Shown here: positions 36,421 to 44,936 of the stretch, piece by piece
Numbering within the stretch: position 1 is the stretch's first letter
Layout of the letters: the number at the start of each line of letters is the position of its first letter
Source: Clostridia bacterium
GTDB lineage: Bacteria > Bacillota > Clostridia > Oscillospirales > CAG-272
DNA length: 64,000 nt
Assembly: GCA_017463485.1 (NCBI GenBank)
Contig: JAFTPD010000002.1
Coordinates: forward strand, 505 to 64,504
Direction of reading: 5' to 3'
The notes under the pieces: model-generated
Told to the model about the DNA's origin: nothing
What the model saw: only the letters and a program-made list of their open reading frames with translations
The model's database searches: none
Position numbers and translations under genes: made by a program

Positions 36421-39186
36421 ATGGGACTTCTTACAAAGATCTTTGGAAGCTACTCTGACCACCAGATCAAAAAGCTGGAGAAGATTGCGAATATGATCGA
36501 GGCGCTGGCGGACGAATACCGCGCGCTTAGCGACGAGGAGCTGAAAAATAAGACGGCTGAATTCAAAGCGAGATACGCTGAGGGCGAGGAGCTTGATTCG
36601 CTGCTGCCCGAGGCATTTGCAACCGTCCGCGAGGCAGACGAGCGCGTGCTTGGCAAGCGTCCGTTCCACGTTCAGCTTATCGGTGGTATCATTCTGCATC
36701 AAGGCAGAATTGCCGAAATGAAAACGGGTGAGGGTAAAACTCTGGTTGCTACCATGCCCGCATACCTCAACGCGCTGACGGGACGTGGCGTGCATATCGT
36801 TACCGTCAATGACTACCTCGCTCGCCGTGACTCGGAGGAAATGGGTAAGGTATACGGCTTCCTCGGACTTACCACGGGACTTACAGTTCACGGCATGTCG
36901 TCTGAGGCAAAGCGCGCGGCTTACGCGGCGGATATTACCTACGGCACCAACAACGAGTTCGGTTTTGACTACCTGCGCGACAACATGGTGGTTTACAAGG
37001 ACAGAATGGTACAGCGCGGACATGTTTTCGCTATCGTTGACGAGGTGGACTCCATTCTTATCGACGAGGCGCGTACACCGCTTATCATTTCAGGTGAGGG
37101 TGACAAGCCCACCGATATGTACGAGCGCGCCGACAAATTCGTGCGCTCGCTGCGCAAGTTCGTCATCAAGGAGATAGACAACAAGCAGAGTCAGGACGAT
37201 ATCGACGCCGATTATATCGTGGACGAAAAGGCAAACAACGCCGTCATTACACCCTCGGGCGTGCAGAAGGCGGAAAGATTTTTCGGCGTGGAGAACTATA
37301 CCGAGCCGGAGAATGCAACGCTTGCTCATTACGTCAATCAGGCACTCAAGGCGCATGGCTGTATGAAGCTGGACGTGGACTACGTGGTGAACGAAAACGG
37401 CGTTATGATCGTTGATGCATTTACGGGACGAATCATGCCCGGCAGACGCTACTCCGACGGACTGCATCAGGCAATCGAAGCCAAAGAGGGCGTGGTTATC
37501 CAAAAGGAAAACAAGACGCTCGCGACTATCACCTTCCAGAACTATTTCCGTATGTTCGAAAAGCTTTCGGGTATGACGGGTACTGCGCTGACGGAGGAGA
37601 GCGAGTTTGGCGAGATCTACGACCTTGACGTTATTGAGGTTCCCACCAACCGTCCTATGATAAGAGCCGACCATGACGACGTGGTATATAAGAGCCTTGA
37701 AGCAAAATACCGCGCTATCGTGCGACAGGTAAAGGAATGTCACGAAAAGGGACAGCCCGTGCTTGTGGGTACGGTGTCTATTGATAAATCCGAATACCTT
37801 TCCGCAAGACTTAAGAGAGAGGGAATACCGCATACCGTCCTCAATGCAAAATTCCATCAGAAGGAGGCGGAGATAGTCGCGCAGGCAGGTAAGCTCGGAG
37901 CTGTTACTATCTCTACCAACATGGCGGGACGAGGAACGGACATCATGCTTGGCGGTAACGCCGAATATATGGCAAAGGCGGCGTTGCGCGCGGCGGGAGT
38001 CGAGGAGGAGCTTATCGTTCAGGCGACGGGAAGCGCGGATACCGACGACGTATCTATTCTCGGAGTCAGAGCGCAGTATAAGGAGCTTTACGCAAAATAT
38101 AAAGAGGAGATCGCACCCGAAGCCGAGGCTGTACGCGCGGCGGGCGGACTCTTTATCCTTGGTACGGAAAGACACGAAAGCCGTCGTATCGACAATCAGC
38201 TTCGCGGACGCTCGGGACGTCAGGGCGACCCGGGTGAATCGAGATTTTTCCTTTCTCTTGAGGACGACCTGCTCCGCCTGTTCGGTATGAATACCGAGCG
38301 TATCGTCGCTATGACCGAGCGACTTGGAATGGACGATAATACTCCCCTTGAGGCGCGTATGCTGTCGGGTACTATCGAGAGCGCACAGCGCCGTATTGAG
38401 GAGCAGAACTTCAAGCGCAGAAAGTACGTCCTCTCTTATGACGACGTAATGAATCAGCAGAGAAGCCTTATCTACTCACAGCGAAAAGAGGTGCTGGACG
38501 ATAAGGATATGACGGATAAGATAGTCAATATGATCCGCGGCACTATTGAGGAAACGGTCATGACGTTTACGTCGGCAGAATCCGCCGCCGATTGGGATTT
38601 TGCGGGACTTCGCGCAAGCTTTATGGGCTACCTTACCGCAGAGGGGGATTTCAGATACACCGACGATGAGCTGAAAAAGCTTGACCGAGATGATATTCTC
38701 GATATGCTGAACACACGTGCGGACGCGACACTCAAGCAGAAGGAGGAGTTGTTCGGCGCGGAGAATTTCCGCGAGGTGGAGAGAGCTATACTTCTGCGCA
38801 ACGTAGACAGCGCGTGGATGGAGCATATCGACGCTATGGACGACCTCAAGAGCAATATCGGACTTCAGGCTTACGCCAACCGCGACCCCGTTGTGGAATA
38901 CAGAATGGCGGGTGCGGATATGTTTGACGCTATGATCGCCGAAATACGCGATAAGACCGTGCGCGCAATTATGACGGTGATCCCCAAGCCTCAGGGACAG
39001 ATAACCCGCGTTCAGGTGGCAAAGCCGCTTACCGAGGGCTTTGAGGGCGACGGAAAGAAGAGCGTCAAGAAGGTATCTGTTGAAAAGAGGGAAGCGCCGA
39101 AGGTGGGAAGAAACGATCCTTGCCCCTGCGGCTCGGGCAAAAAGTATAAAAACTGTTGCGGATCAAACGCAAACCGCGTTCAGTAA
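36421..39186 (+). CDS. secA: preprotein translocase ATPase SecA
   Basis: 921 aa: MKTGEGKTLVATMPAYLNAL, IVDEVDSILIDEARTPLIISG, TNMAGRGTDI, RGRSGRQGDPG, and the C-terminal zinc finger CPCGSGKKYKNCCG. Confidence 0.97.
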   Translation: MGLLTKIFGSYSDHQIKKLEKIANMIEALADEYRALSDEELKNKTAEFKARYAEGEELDSLLPEAFATVREADERVLGKRPFHVQLIGGIILHQGRIAEMKTGEGKTLVATMPAYLNALTGRGVHIVTVNDYLARRDSEEMGKVYGFLGLTTGLTVHGMSSEAKRAAYAADITYGTNNEFGFDYLRDNMVVYKDRMVQRGHVFAIVDEVDSILIDEARTPLIISGEGDKPTDMYERADKFVRSLRKFVIKEIDNKQSQDDIDADYIVDEKANNAVITPSGVQKAERFFGVENYTEPENATLAHYVNQALKAHGCMKLDVDYVVNENGVMIVDAFTGRIMPGRRYSDGLHQAIEAKEGVVIQKENKTLATITFQNYFRMFEKLSGMTGTALTEESEFGEIYDLDVIEVPTNRPMIRADHDDVVYKSLEAKYRAIVRQVKECHEKGQPVLVGTVSIDKSEYLSARLKREGIPHTVLNAKFHQKEAEIVAQAGKLGAVTISTNMAGRGTDIMLGGNAEYMAKAALRAAGVEEELIVQATGSADTDDVSILGVRAQYKELYAKYKEEIAPEAEAVRAAGGLFILGTERHESRRIDNQLRGRSGRQGDPGESRFFLSLEDDLLRLFGMNTERIVAMTERLGMDDNTPLEARMLSGTIESAQRRIEEQNFKRRKYVLSYDDVMNQQRSLIYSQRKEVLDDKDMTDKIVNMIRGTIEETVMTFTSAESAADWDFAGLRASFMGYLTAEGDFRYTDDELKKLDRDDILDMLNTRADATLKQKEELFGAENFREVERAILLRNVDSAWMEHIDAMDDLKSNIGLQAYANRDPVVEYRMAGADMFDAMIAEIRDKTVRAIMTVIPKPQGQITRVQVAKPLTEGFEGDGKKSVKKVSVEKREAPKVGRNDPCPCGSGKKYKNCCGSNANRVQ

Positions 39187-39205
39187 ATTCAAGGAGATTT
39201 AAATT

Positions 39206-39928
39206 ATGGGCTTTGGCTTGCTCTTGTGCGGATATTTCGTGCTGTTTATGATGTCCTTCGGAATGGGGGAATACAGCTTTGCCGCACTGCTGATAGGAGG
39301 ATTCATATCCTTTAACGCCACCGTGAAGCTGAAAGACTACTGTCCGAGCTTTACGTGGACGGCTGTGATGTCTGCGCTCTATTTTCTGTTCGGTCTTTGG
39401 GGTGCGGTATCCTTTGTCAACGATATGCTCCTCCTTGACCTGCCCATTTTCGGCGGCGTGGCGAAGTCGGCGGCTGACTACGTAAAGTTTGGACTTGAGC
39501 TTGCGTATCACCTCTGCATGCTGTATTCCGTATTTGAGCTGTCAGGTCAGCTTGGAGTGAAGAAAATACGCAGCCGCGCGCTGTTTGAAATGATATTTAT
39601 GTCGGCACTCGGCGTATTTCAGCTTTTGATCTACGCCATTCCGTCCCTTGCAAACGTGGAAAATCAAATGCCGACGAAATTCCTTATCCTCTTTACGCTG
39701 GTAGCGTATATCATCAATCTTTTCGTTCTGTACTCCTGCTATAACAACATCTGCCCCGAGGGGGAGGAGATGGGCAAGGAGCGCAAGCCGTCAAGATTTA
39801 AGTTTATCAACAATATCCGCGAAAAGATGGAGGAAAAAGAGGCTCGCGCCGTGCGCGAATCTCTTGAATACATAAAAGAAAAGCAAGAGAAGAAAAACAA
39901 GAAAAGGGAACAGCGACGCCGTCGCTGA
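39206..39928 (+). CDS. hypothetical polytopic membrane protein with Lys/Glu/Arg-rich C-terminal tail
   Basis: 240 aa with AGGAG 9 nt upstream. About 6 hydrophobic segments, then the tail KERKPSRFKFINNIREKMEEKEARAVRESLEYIKEKQEKKNKKREQRRRR. It shares an N-terminal module with the next gene. Confidence 0.6.
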   Translation: MGFGLLLCGYFVLFMMSFGMGEYSFAALLIGGFISFNATVKLKDYCPSFTWTAVMSALYFLFGLWGAVSFVNDMLLLDLPIFGGVAKSAADYVKFGLELAYHLCMLYSVFELSGQLGVKKIRSRALFEMIFMSALGVFQLLIYAIPSLANVENQMPTKFLILFTLVAYIINLFVLYSCYNNICPEGEEMGKERKPSRFKFINNIREKMEEKEARAVRESLEYIKEKQEKKNKKREQRRRR

Positions 39929-39957
39929 TCAAAAACCGAAAAACGGAGGTGAAAAGC

Positions 39958-41349
39958 GTGAAGGGCAAAAAATATCTCGGGATCGGCTATATTCTTGCGG
40001 GTGCAGTTTTTCTCTGCAATCCCATGATAAGCGTTTTTGATATCCTGCCCGACTTTATCGGATATCTGCTCGTCCTGCGCGGAATTTACGCGCTGGCGGA
40101 CATAAATCTTTATCTTGCCGACGCGCGCAAGCAGGTAAAATACCTTGCCGTCAGCTCGCTTGTAAGAGCGCTTTCCATTCTGTTCATTTTCGGAATTGCC
40201 GAGCCGCGCGAGCAGTCCACTCTGCTTGTGCTTGCGGCGTTTGCACTGGGTGTTATCGATTGTATACTGCTTATCGGCGCGTGGAAAAATATCTTTGGCG
40301 GACTTACATATCTTGCCACAGGCCACGGCGGAGATGCGGCACTTGCCCCCGCCAAACGGGGAAGCGTTACCGACCGTATGCATAAAAGCACCGTGTTCTC
40401 GCTGATATTCATTCAGGTCATGGCACTTCTTCCCGAATTTGTGTCCTTTACCGACCGTGGAATTTATACCGACCTTGACAACACCGCCCCCGATATATCC
40501 TCATATATCGGACTTTTGCGCGGTACTGCTGTTACAGTCACCCTTGCCGTTGGTATCGTTTGGCTTGTAAAGATGTTCGGATATATAAAGCTTTTGAAGA
40601 AGGACGAGCCGTTTTTCGAAAGTCTTAATTCAAAATACGCCGCCGACGTGCTTGCAAAGCCGCATATTTTCGCGACGCGGGCAATAAGGCGTGGCCTGCT
40701 TTGTATTTCGGCAGGACTCGTGCTGTGCGTCGATTTTTACGATTCGGGACTGCTCGGCTGTAATATTATCCCTGACGCGCTGTCCGCCGTTCTTCTGGTC
40801 GCGGGAATCTTGCTGATGCGAAAGCAAACGGCGGGATGGCATATACCCACTCTTATCTGCTCGGCTTACGGCTTGTACGAGGTGGCGGTGTGGCTATCGC
40901 AGTATGGATATTTCAAGTCTGCCACGGCTATGGACATATTCAAAAGTCAAACGCTTTACGGAGCGTATTACCGTATGTGCGCTGTCACGTTTGGCGGCGA
41001 GCTGCTTTTCCTTGCGGCACTGCTGTCCGTGATTCTGCTATTGCACAGAGTGATAAAGGCGCATACGGGCGTGCTTGCTATATCGTCAAGCGGCGCTTCT
41101 TACAGCGAGGAGAGAACGAAATTTATACATAGATCGCTTACTCTGCGGTTGGTCGCGGTGGGAGTTGTGGGCATACTTGCGGTGGCGGCGACGGTGACGT
41201 ATTTTATGTCCTTGCCCCACGCATATAACACTCTTTGGGAGGCGTTTTGGATCGTCAATATGCTACTTAGCGCAGTGCTCGCGCTGGTGTTTATCAGCTT
41301 TTCCTCAAATCTTTCGGAGCAGATAGAATATAAATATCAGCTTGTTTGA
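39958..41349 (+). CDS. hypothetical polytopic membrane protein (internally duplicated module)
   Basis: About 463 aa from GTG 39958, 8 nt after GGAGG; the track start at 39949 lies within the RBS. It has 10 or more hydrophobic segments. The module G..LAGAVFLCNP...FDILPDFIGYLLVLRGI recurs as GLLCISAGLVLCVDF...CNIIPDALSAVLLVAGI. Confidence 0.6.
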   Translation: MKGKKYLGIGYILAGAVFLCNPMISVFDILPDFIGYLLVLRGIYALADINLYLADARKQVKYLAVSSLVRALSILFIFGIAEPREQSTLLVLAAFALGVIDCILLIGAWKNIFGGLTYLATGHGGDAALAPAKRGSVTDRMHKSTVFSLIFIQVMALLPEFVSFTDRGIYTDLDNTAPDISSYIGLLRGTAVTVTLAVGIVWLVKMFGYIKLLKKDEPFFESLNSKYAADVLAKPHIFATRAIRRGLLCISAGLVLCVDFYDSGLLGCNIIPDALSAVLLVAGILLMRKQTAGWHIPTLICSAYGLYEVAVWLSQYGYFKSATAMDIFKSQTLYGAYYRMCAVTFGGELLFLAALLSVILLLHRVIKAHTGVLAISSSGASYSEERTKFIHRSLTLRLVAVGVVGILAVAATVTYFMSLPHAYNTLWEAFWIVNMLLSAVLALVFISFSSNLSEQIEYKYQLV

Positions 41350-41424
41350 TGGAACTTGAATAATTTGCCGTGATTTTACCAATACTCCTTTTGCAACCAA
41401 ATTTTATAAAAGGAGCAAAAAATC

Positions 41425-41574
41425 ATGGACAACAACTACAACAACCAGCAGAATCAGAACAAGAACCAGAACCAGAACCAGAACAAAAATCAGAATCAGA
41501 ATCAGAGCAAGAACTCCAAGGATGCAGATACACCCACGAGAAAGCCTCAGGGTGAGTCGAACAAAAATAACTGA
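41425..41574 (+). CDS. small Asn/Gln-rich hydrophilic protein (49 aa), not in ORF track
   Basis: The ATG at 41425 is 9 nt after AGGAG (41411-41415). Translation: MDNNYNNQQNQNKNQNQNQNKNQNQNQSKNSKDADTPTRKPQGESNKNN, with the stop at 41572-41574. The competing 61-aa track ORF (41370, other frame) has no RBS. A hairpin CCCGCACCC...GGGTGCGGG follows. Confidence 0.5.
   Translation: MDNNYNNQQNQNKNQNQNQNKNQNQNQSKNSKDADTPTRKPQGESNKNN
41452..41505 (+). repeat. in-frame hexanucleotide (AAY-CAG)n microsatellite-like tract
   Basis: The tract reads aatcagaac aag (aaccag)x3 aacaaa (aatcag)x3 and encodes (NQ)n. Confidence 0.8.
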
Positions 41575-41649
41575 CAAAATGTCGCTTTCCCGCACCCGAC
41601 TTTGGGTGCGGGGCGGCGGACTCGTATACATACCCGAAAGGAAAACGAC

Positions 41650-44109
41650 ATGCCACAAACACTCGGCGAAAGATATTTAAAAGCAAAAAAAGCCTTGTTC
41701 GACAAGGCTTATTCCAATCTTAACCCCAAGCAGAGGGAAGCGGTGTTTACAATAAACACGCCTCTGCTTATTCTTGCGGGTGCAGGAAGTGGAAAGACAA
41801 CGGTGCTTGTCAAGCGCATAGCCTACATAATCAAATACGGCAACGCATACGCCGCCAACATCATCCCTCGCGGGCTTACCGAGGAGCGTGTTGCGGCACT
41901 TGAAGGCGCGACTTCATTGTCGCGCGGGGAGATTGAGGGTATCCTGCCCGAATTCATCACTGAGTCGTGCCCGCCTTACAATATCCTTGCCATCACCTTT
42001 ACCAATAAAGCGGCGAAGGAGATAAAAACCCGCCTTGCGTCCGAGCTTGGCGACGAGATAATGGCGGCTGATATATGGAGCGGCACGTTCCATTCGGTCT
42101 GCATGCGCATTTTGCGAGTTCACGGAGAGAAGCTGGGCTTTGGCAGGGAATTTACCATTTACGACGCAGACGACACCAAAAAAGCGGTAGCAGCGGCAAT
42201 GAAGCGTTGCAATATCGACGAAAAGCAGTTTCCCGTAAAGAGTATCGTCAATGCTATAAGCCACGCCAAGGACGAGCTGATGACACCTATGGCTTTTGCG
42301 CGAATGGCACAGGGCGACTTCCGACGCGAAAAGATAGCCAAGGTCTACGCCGCGTATCAGGAGGATATGATACGCTCCAACGCCATGGACTTTGACGATA
42401 TTATCGTCAATACCGTGCGCCTGTTTTCGGAGTATCCCGACGTTCTTGCGTACTATCAGAGAAAATTCAAATACGTCTGCGTTGACGAGTATCAGGATAC
42501 CAATATCGCGCAGTTCCGTCTGACCGAGATGCTGGCGGGCGGTCACGATTACATTATGGCGGTGGGCGACGACGACCAGAGTATTTATAAATTCCGCGGT
42601 GCGACGATAGAGAACATTTTGCAGTTCGACAAGGTGTATTCGGACGCCAAGGTCATAAAGTTGGAGCAGAACTACCGCTCTACGCAGACTATTCTGGACG
42701 CGGCAAATAAGGTGATCGCCAACAACGTGGGACGTCGCGGAAAGAATCTATGGACGGATAGCGGCGCTGGCGAGGCTATTACCGTCTGCAAGACGGAGGA
42801 TCAGCTTGGCGAGTCGCGATTTATCGTTGATACGGTTAACTCGCTGATGGCAAGCGGCGGATATACCTACCGCGATTTTGCCGTGCTTTACCGTACCAAT
42901 TCACAGTCGGGAAGCGTGGAGAAGGCATTTGCCAAGGGCGGTGTGCCGTACCGCATGATAGCGGGCACACGCTTCAACGACCGCAAGGAGATACGCGATA
43001 TCGTGGCGTACCTTCAGCTCATAAATAACCGTGCCGATCGCGAGCGGCTGTTGCGTATCATCAACGTCCCTGCGAGAAAAATAGGCGACAAGACCATTGA
43101 GGCGATAAAAATAATTGCCGACGAGATAGGGGAGTCACTCTTTTACGTTATCGACCATGTGGAAAGATATGGCGCGCTCTCCCGCAGTGCCATGACGCTC
43201 CGCGCATTTGCCGACCTCATAAACGAGCTTGCGGAAATGGCAAAAACAGCACCTCTCGGCGACCTGTTTGACGCGCTTGCGGACAAGTCGGGATATATGC
43301 GTATGCTTGAAGAAGGCGGAGAAGCTGAGAAGGAAAGAATAGACAATATTCTCGAATTCAAGTCGGGTATGGTGGAGTATTCCGAGAATACCGACGAGCC
43401 GACACTCACGGGATTCCTTGAGGAAAACGCGCTTGTAGCAGACGTGGATAAATACGACGAGAGTGCAGATGCAGTGGTGCTGATGACGGTACACAGCGCA
43501 AAGGGACTTGAATTTCCCGTAGTATTCATACCCGGTATGGAAGACGGGATTTTCCCCGGTATGCAAAATATCATGGGCGACTCCGAGGATATGGAGGAGG
43601 AGCGCAGGCTTGCCTACGTTGCTCTGACGAGAGCCAAGCGCAAGGTGTATATCATTCATGCAAAATCAAGGCTCTGGTACGGACACACGGTGTATAATCC
43701 GGTGTCGCGCTTTGTCAGTGAGATACCCGAAAAGCTTTGTGACGTAGTGGATAAGACCGCTTCGTCGTGGCGCACGGGCGGTATGTACGGCGGCAGCGGT
43801 ACGTCAGCTCCGCGTACTTATTACAGCGCGGGCAGCGGAATGTCGGCTTATCCTCCCAAAAAGACGGGTGTAGGATACGGCGACAAGATAACTGTCGGAA
43901 AACCGTTGAACGTACCTCCTCAAAATAAGGATGCAAGAGCGCAAATGTTCGCACTCAAAGCGGGCGACAGAGTTTCGCACATCACCTTTGGAGAAGGCGA
44001 GATACTTTCCGCCAAGCGGATGGGGAACGATACTCTCTTTGAGGTAGCGTTTGACCGCGCGGGAACTAAAAAGCTGATGGGAACGTACGCGAAGCTGAAG
44101 AAAATATAA
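41650..44109 (+). CDS. pcrA: ATP-dependent DNA helicase PcrA (UvrD family, SF1)
   Basis: The start is ATG 41650 (MPQTLGERYL...). Motifs: LNPKQREAV, AGAGSGKTTVL, VDEYQDTN, VGDDDQSIYKFRGA, YRS, TVHSAKGLEF, LAYVALTRAK. The C-terminal PcrA tail contains HITFGEGEI. Confidence 0.94.
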   Translation: MPQTLGERYLKAKKALFDKAYSNLNPKQREAVFTINTPLLILAGAGSGKTTVLVKRIAYIIKYGNAYAANIIPRGLTEERVAALEGATSLSRGEIEGILPEFITESCPPYNILAITFTNKAAKEIKTRLASELGDEIMAADIWSGTFHSVCMRILRVHGEKLGFGREFTIYDADDTKKAVAAAMKRCNIDEKQFPVKSIVNAISHAKDELMTPMAFARMAQGDFRREKIAKVYAAYQEDMIRSNAMDFDDIIVNTVRLFSEYPDVLAYYQRKFKYVCVDEYQDTNIAQFRLTEMLAGGHDYIMAVGDDDQSIYKFRGATIENILQFDKVYSDAKVIKLEQNYRSTQTILDAANKVIANNVGRRGKNLWTDSGAGEAITVCKTEDQLGESRFIVDTVNSLMASGGYTYRDFAVLYRTNSQSGSVEKAFAKGGVPYRMIAGTRFNDRKEIRDIVAYLQLINNRADRERLLRIINVPARKIGDKTIEAIKIIADEIGESLFYVIDHVERYGALSRSAMTLRAFADLINELAEMAKTAPLGDLFDALADKSGYMRMLEEGGEAEKERIDNILEFKSGMVEYSENTDEPTLTGFLEENALVADVDKYDESADAVVLMTVHSAKGLEFPVVFIPGMEDGIFPGMQNIMGDSEDMEEERRLAYVALTRAKRKVYIIHAKSRLWYGHTVYNPVSRFVSEIPEKLCDVVDKTASSWRTGGMYGGSGTSAPRTYYSAGSGMSAYPPKKTGVGYGDKITVGKPLNVPPQNKDARAQMFALKAGDRVSHITFGEGEILSAKRMGNDTLFEVAFDRAGTKKLMGTYAKLKKI

Positions 44110-44115
44110 ATTTTA

Positions 44116-44155
44116 TTAAGGGAGAAAACCCACGGTTTTCCCCCTTAATTTTTTT
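44116..44155 (+). terminator. intrinsic terminator of pcrA
   Basis: TTAAGGGAGAAAACC-CAC-GGTTTTCCCCCTTAA followed by TTTTTTT. Confidence 0.85.
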
Positions 44156-44179
44156 GTAAATACCCAAAAAATCTTTTCT

Positions 44180-44375
44180 GCGACCTGTCGGTATAATTTG
44201 TCACAGCGTTTGTGTGATGGCTTTCTGCCCACGAACCAAGCCCAAGGTGGGTGGGATTCCAAAGGGAGGGAGGAATTGAGGAGTGAAATTTCAATTTTGT
44301 AAAAATTGAAATCACGACTCATCCGCCCAACCTTTGGTTACTCTTTGGTTACTTTCTGTTAAGACAGAAAGTAAC
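44180..44375 (+). repeat. direct repeat copy A (~195 bp) containing a 79-nt imperfect hairpin (44259-44337) and tail hairpin H1 (44348-44375)
   Basis: It aligns with 44733-44936. The block 44205-44283 is near-identical to 44759-44838, differing by two substitutions and a 1-nt indel (AACCAAGCCCAAGG vs AATCAAACCCCAAGG). Confidence 0.85.
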
Positions 44376-44385
44376 ATAAATTCCG

Positions 44386-44435
44386 TAATTGTTTTTTATG
44401 TTACTTCTGTATCGACAGAAGTAACCAAGATCGAC
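44386..44435. repeat. left inverted repeat (~50 bp) containing hairpin H2 GTTACTTCTGT-ATCG-ACAGAAGTAAC
   Basis: TAATTGTTTTTTATGTTACTTCTGTATCGACAGAAGTAACCAAGATCGAC is the reverse complement of 44901-44951, with only about 3 differences. Confidence 0.85.
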
Positions 44436-44469
44436 TTAAGAGAGGAAACCCACGGTTTCCTCTCTTAAG
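44435..44469. repeat. perfect 16-bp-stem hairpin, a diverged copy of the pcrA terminator stem-loop without a U-tract
   Basis: CTTAAGAGAGGAAACC-CAC-GGTTTCCTCTCTTAAG resembles TTAAGGGAGAAAACC-CAC-GGTTTTCCCCCTTAA at 44116-44148. The loop context AAACCCACGGTTT is shared, and the stem differences are complementary. Confidence 0.8.
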
Positions 44470-44732
44470 AAACTCACCTTCCTACACGCGCCGCCTTGCC
44501 GCAAGTCTGCGGACAAGGCGTGATTGCGCGCCAAGGTTGCAATACACCCATCTCGCCAAGTTTCCGTCGGAGCGACGGAAACTTGGTCGGTTAGAGTACG
44601 CCTTGCGCAGAAAGTGTTTTTATGGTTATTTAAAAATTGAAAATTAAATTTACAGGGGAAAATTTCAAATCTCTTTCGGCGTTGCTCCCCCGATAAACTA
44701 CCGCTACATCAAGCGTGTCTGATTTCCAATTT

Positions 44733-44936
44733 GCGACCTTTTGGTAATGATTTGTAAGAGCGTTTGTGTGATGGCTTTCTGCCCACGAATCAAACCCCAA
44801 GGTGGGTGGGATTCCAAAGGGAGGGAGGAATTGAGGAGGCAGACCTTAAATTTGAGCTTGCCGAAAATTTGAGGTCAACGACTCATCCTCCCAACCTTTG
44901 GTCGATCTTGGTTACTTCTGTCGATACAGAAGTAAC
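44733..44936 (+). repeat. direct repeat copy B (~204 bp) containing an 88-nt imperfect hairpin (44814-44901) and tail hairpin H3 (44911-44936)
   Basis: See copy A. The basal stem CCAAAGGGAGGGAGGAATTGAGGAG / ACTCATCC(G/T)CCCAACCTTTGG is shared. The apical stem has a different sequence but is still self-complementary. Confidence 0.85.

Noticed and set aside
41370-41555. A 61-aa ORF (MILPILLLQPNFIKG…EQEPEPEPEQKSESESEQ…) overlapping the N/Q-rich ORF in another frame
   Set aside because: It has a GTG start with no Shine-Dalgarno sequence. The AGGAG at 41411-41415 is positioned for the ATG at 41425 in the other frame. The same repeat translates to low-complexity sequence in every frame, so only the RBS distinguishes them.
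44116-44322. A 68-aa minus-strand ORF across the pcrA terminator and repeat copy A
   Set aside because: It spans a terminator hairpin and a repeat whose second copy does not preserve the frame. It has no RBS.
44400-44936. CTGT-N4-ACAG cores of the hairpins as LexA/SOS boxes controlling the repair gene ogg
   Set aside because: The spacing does not fit either the gammaproteobacterial CTGT-N8-ACAG box or the Firmicute GAAC-N4-GTTC (Cheo) box. The resemblance is superficial.
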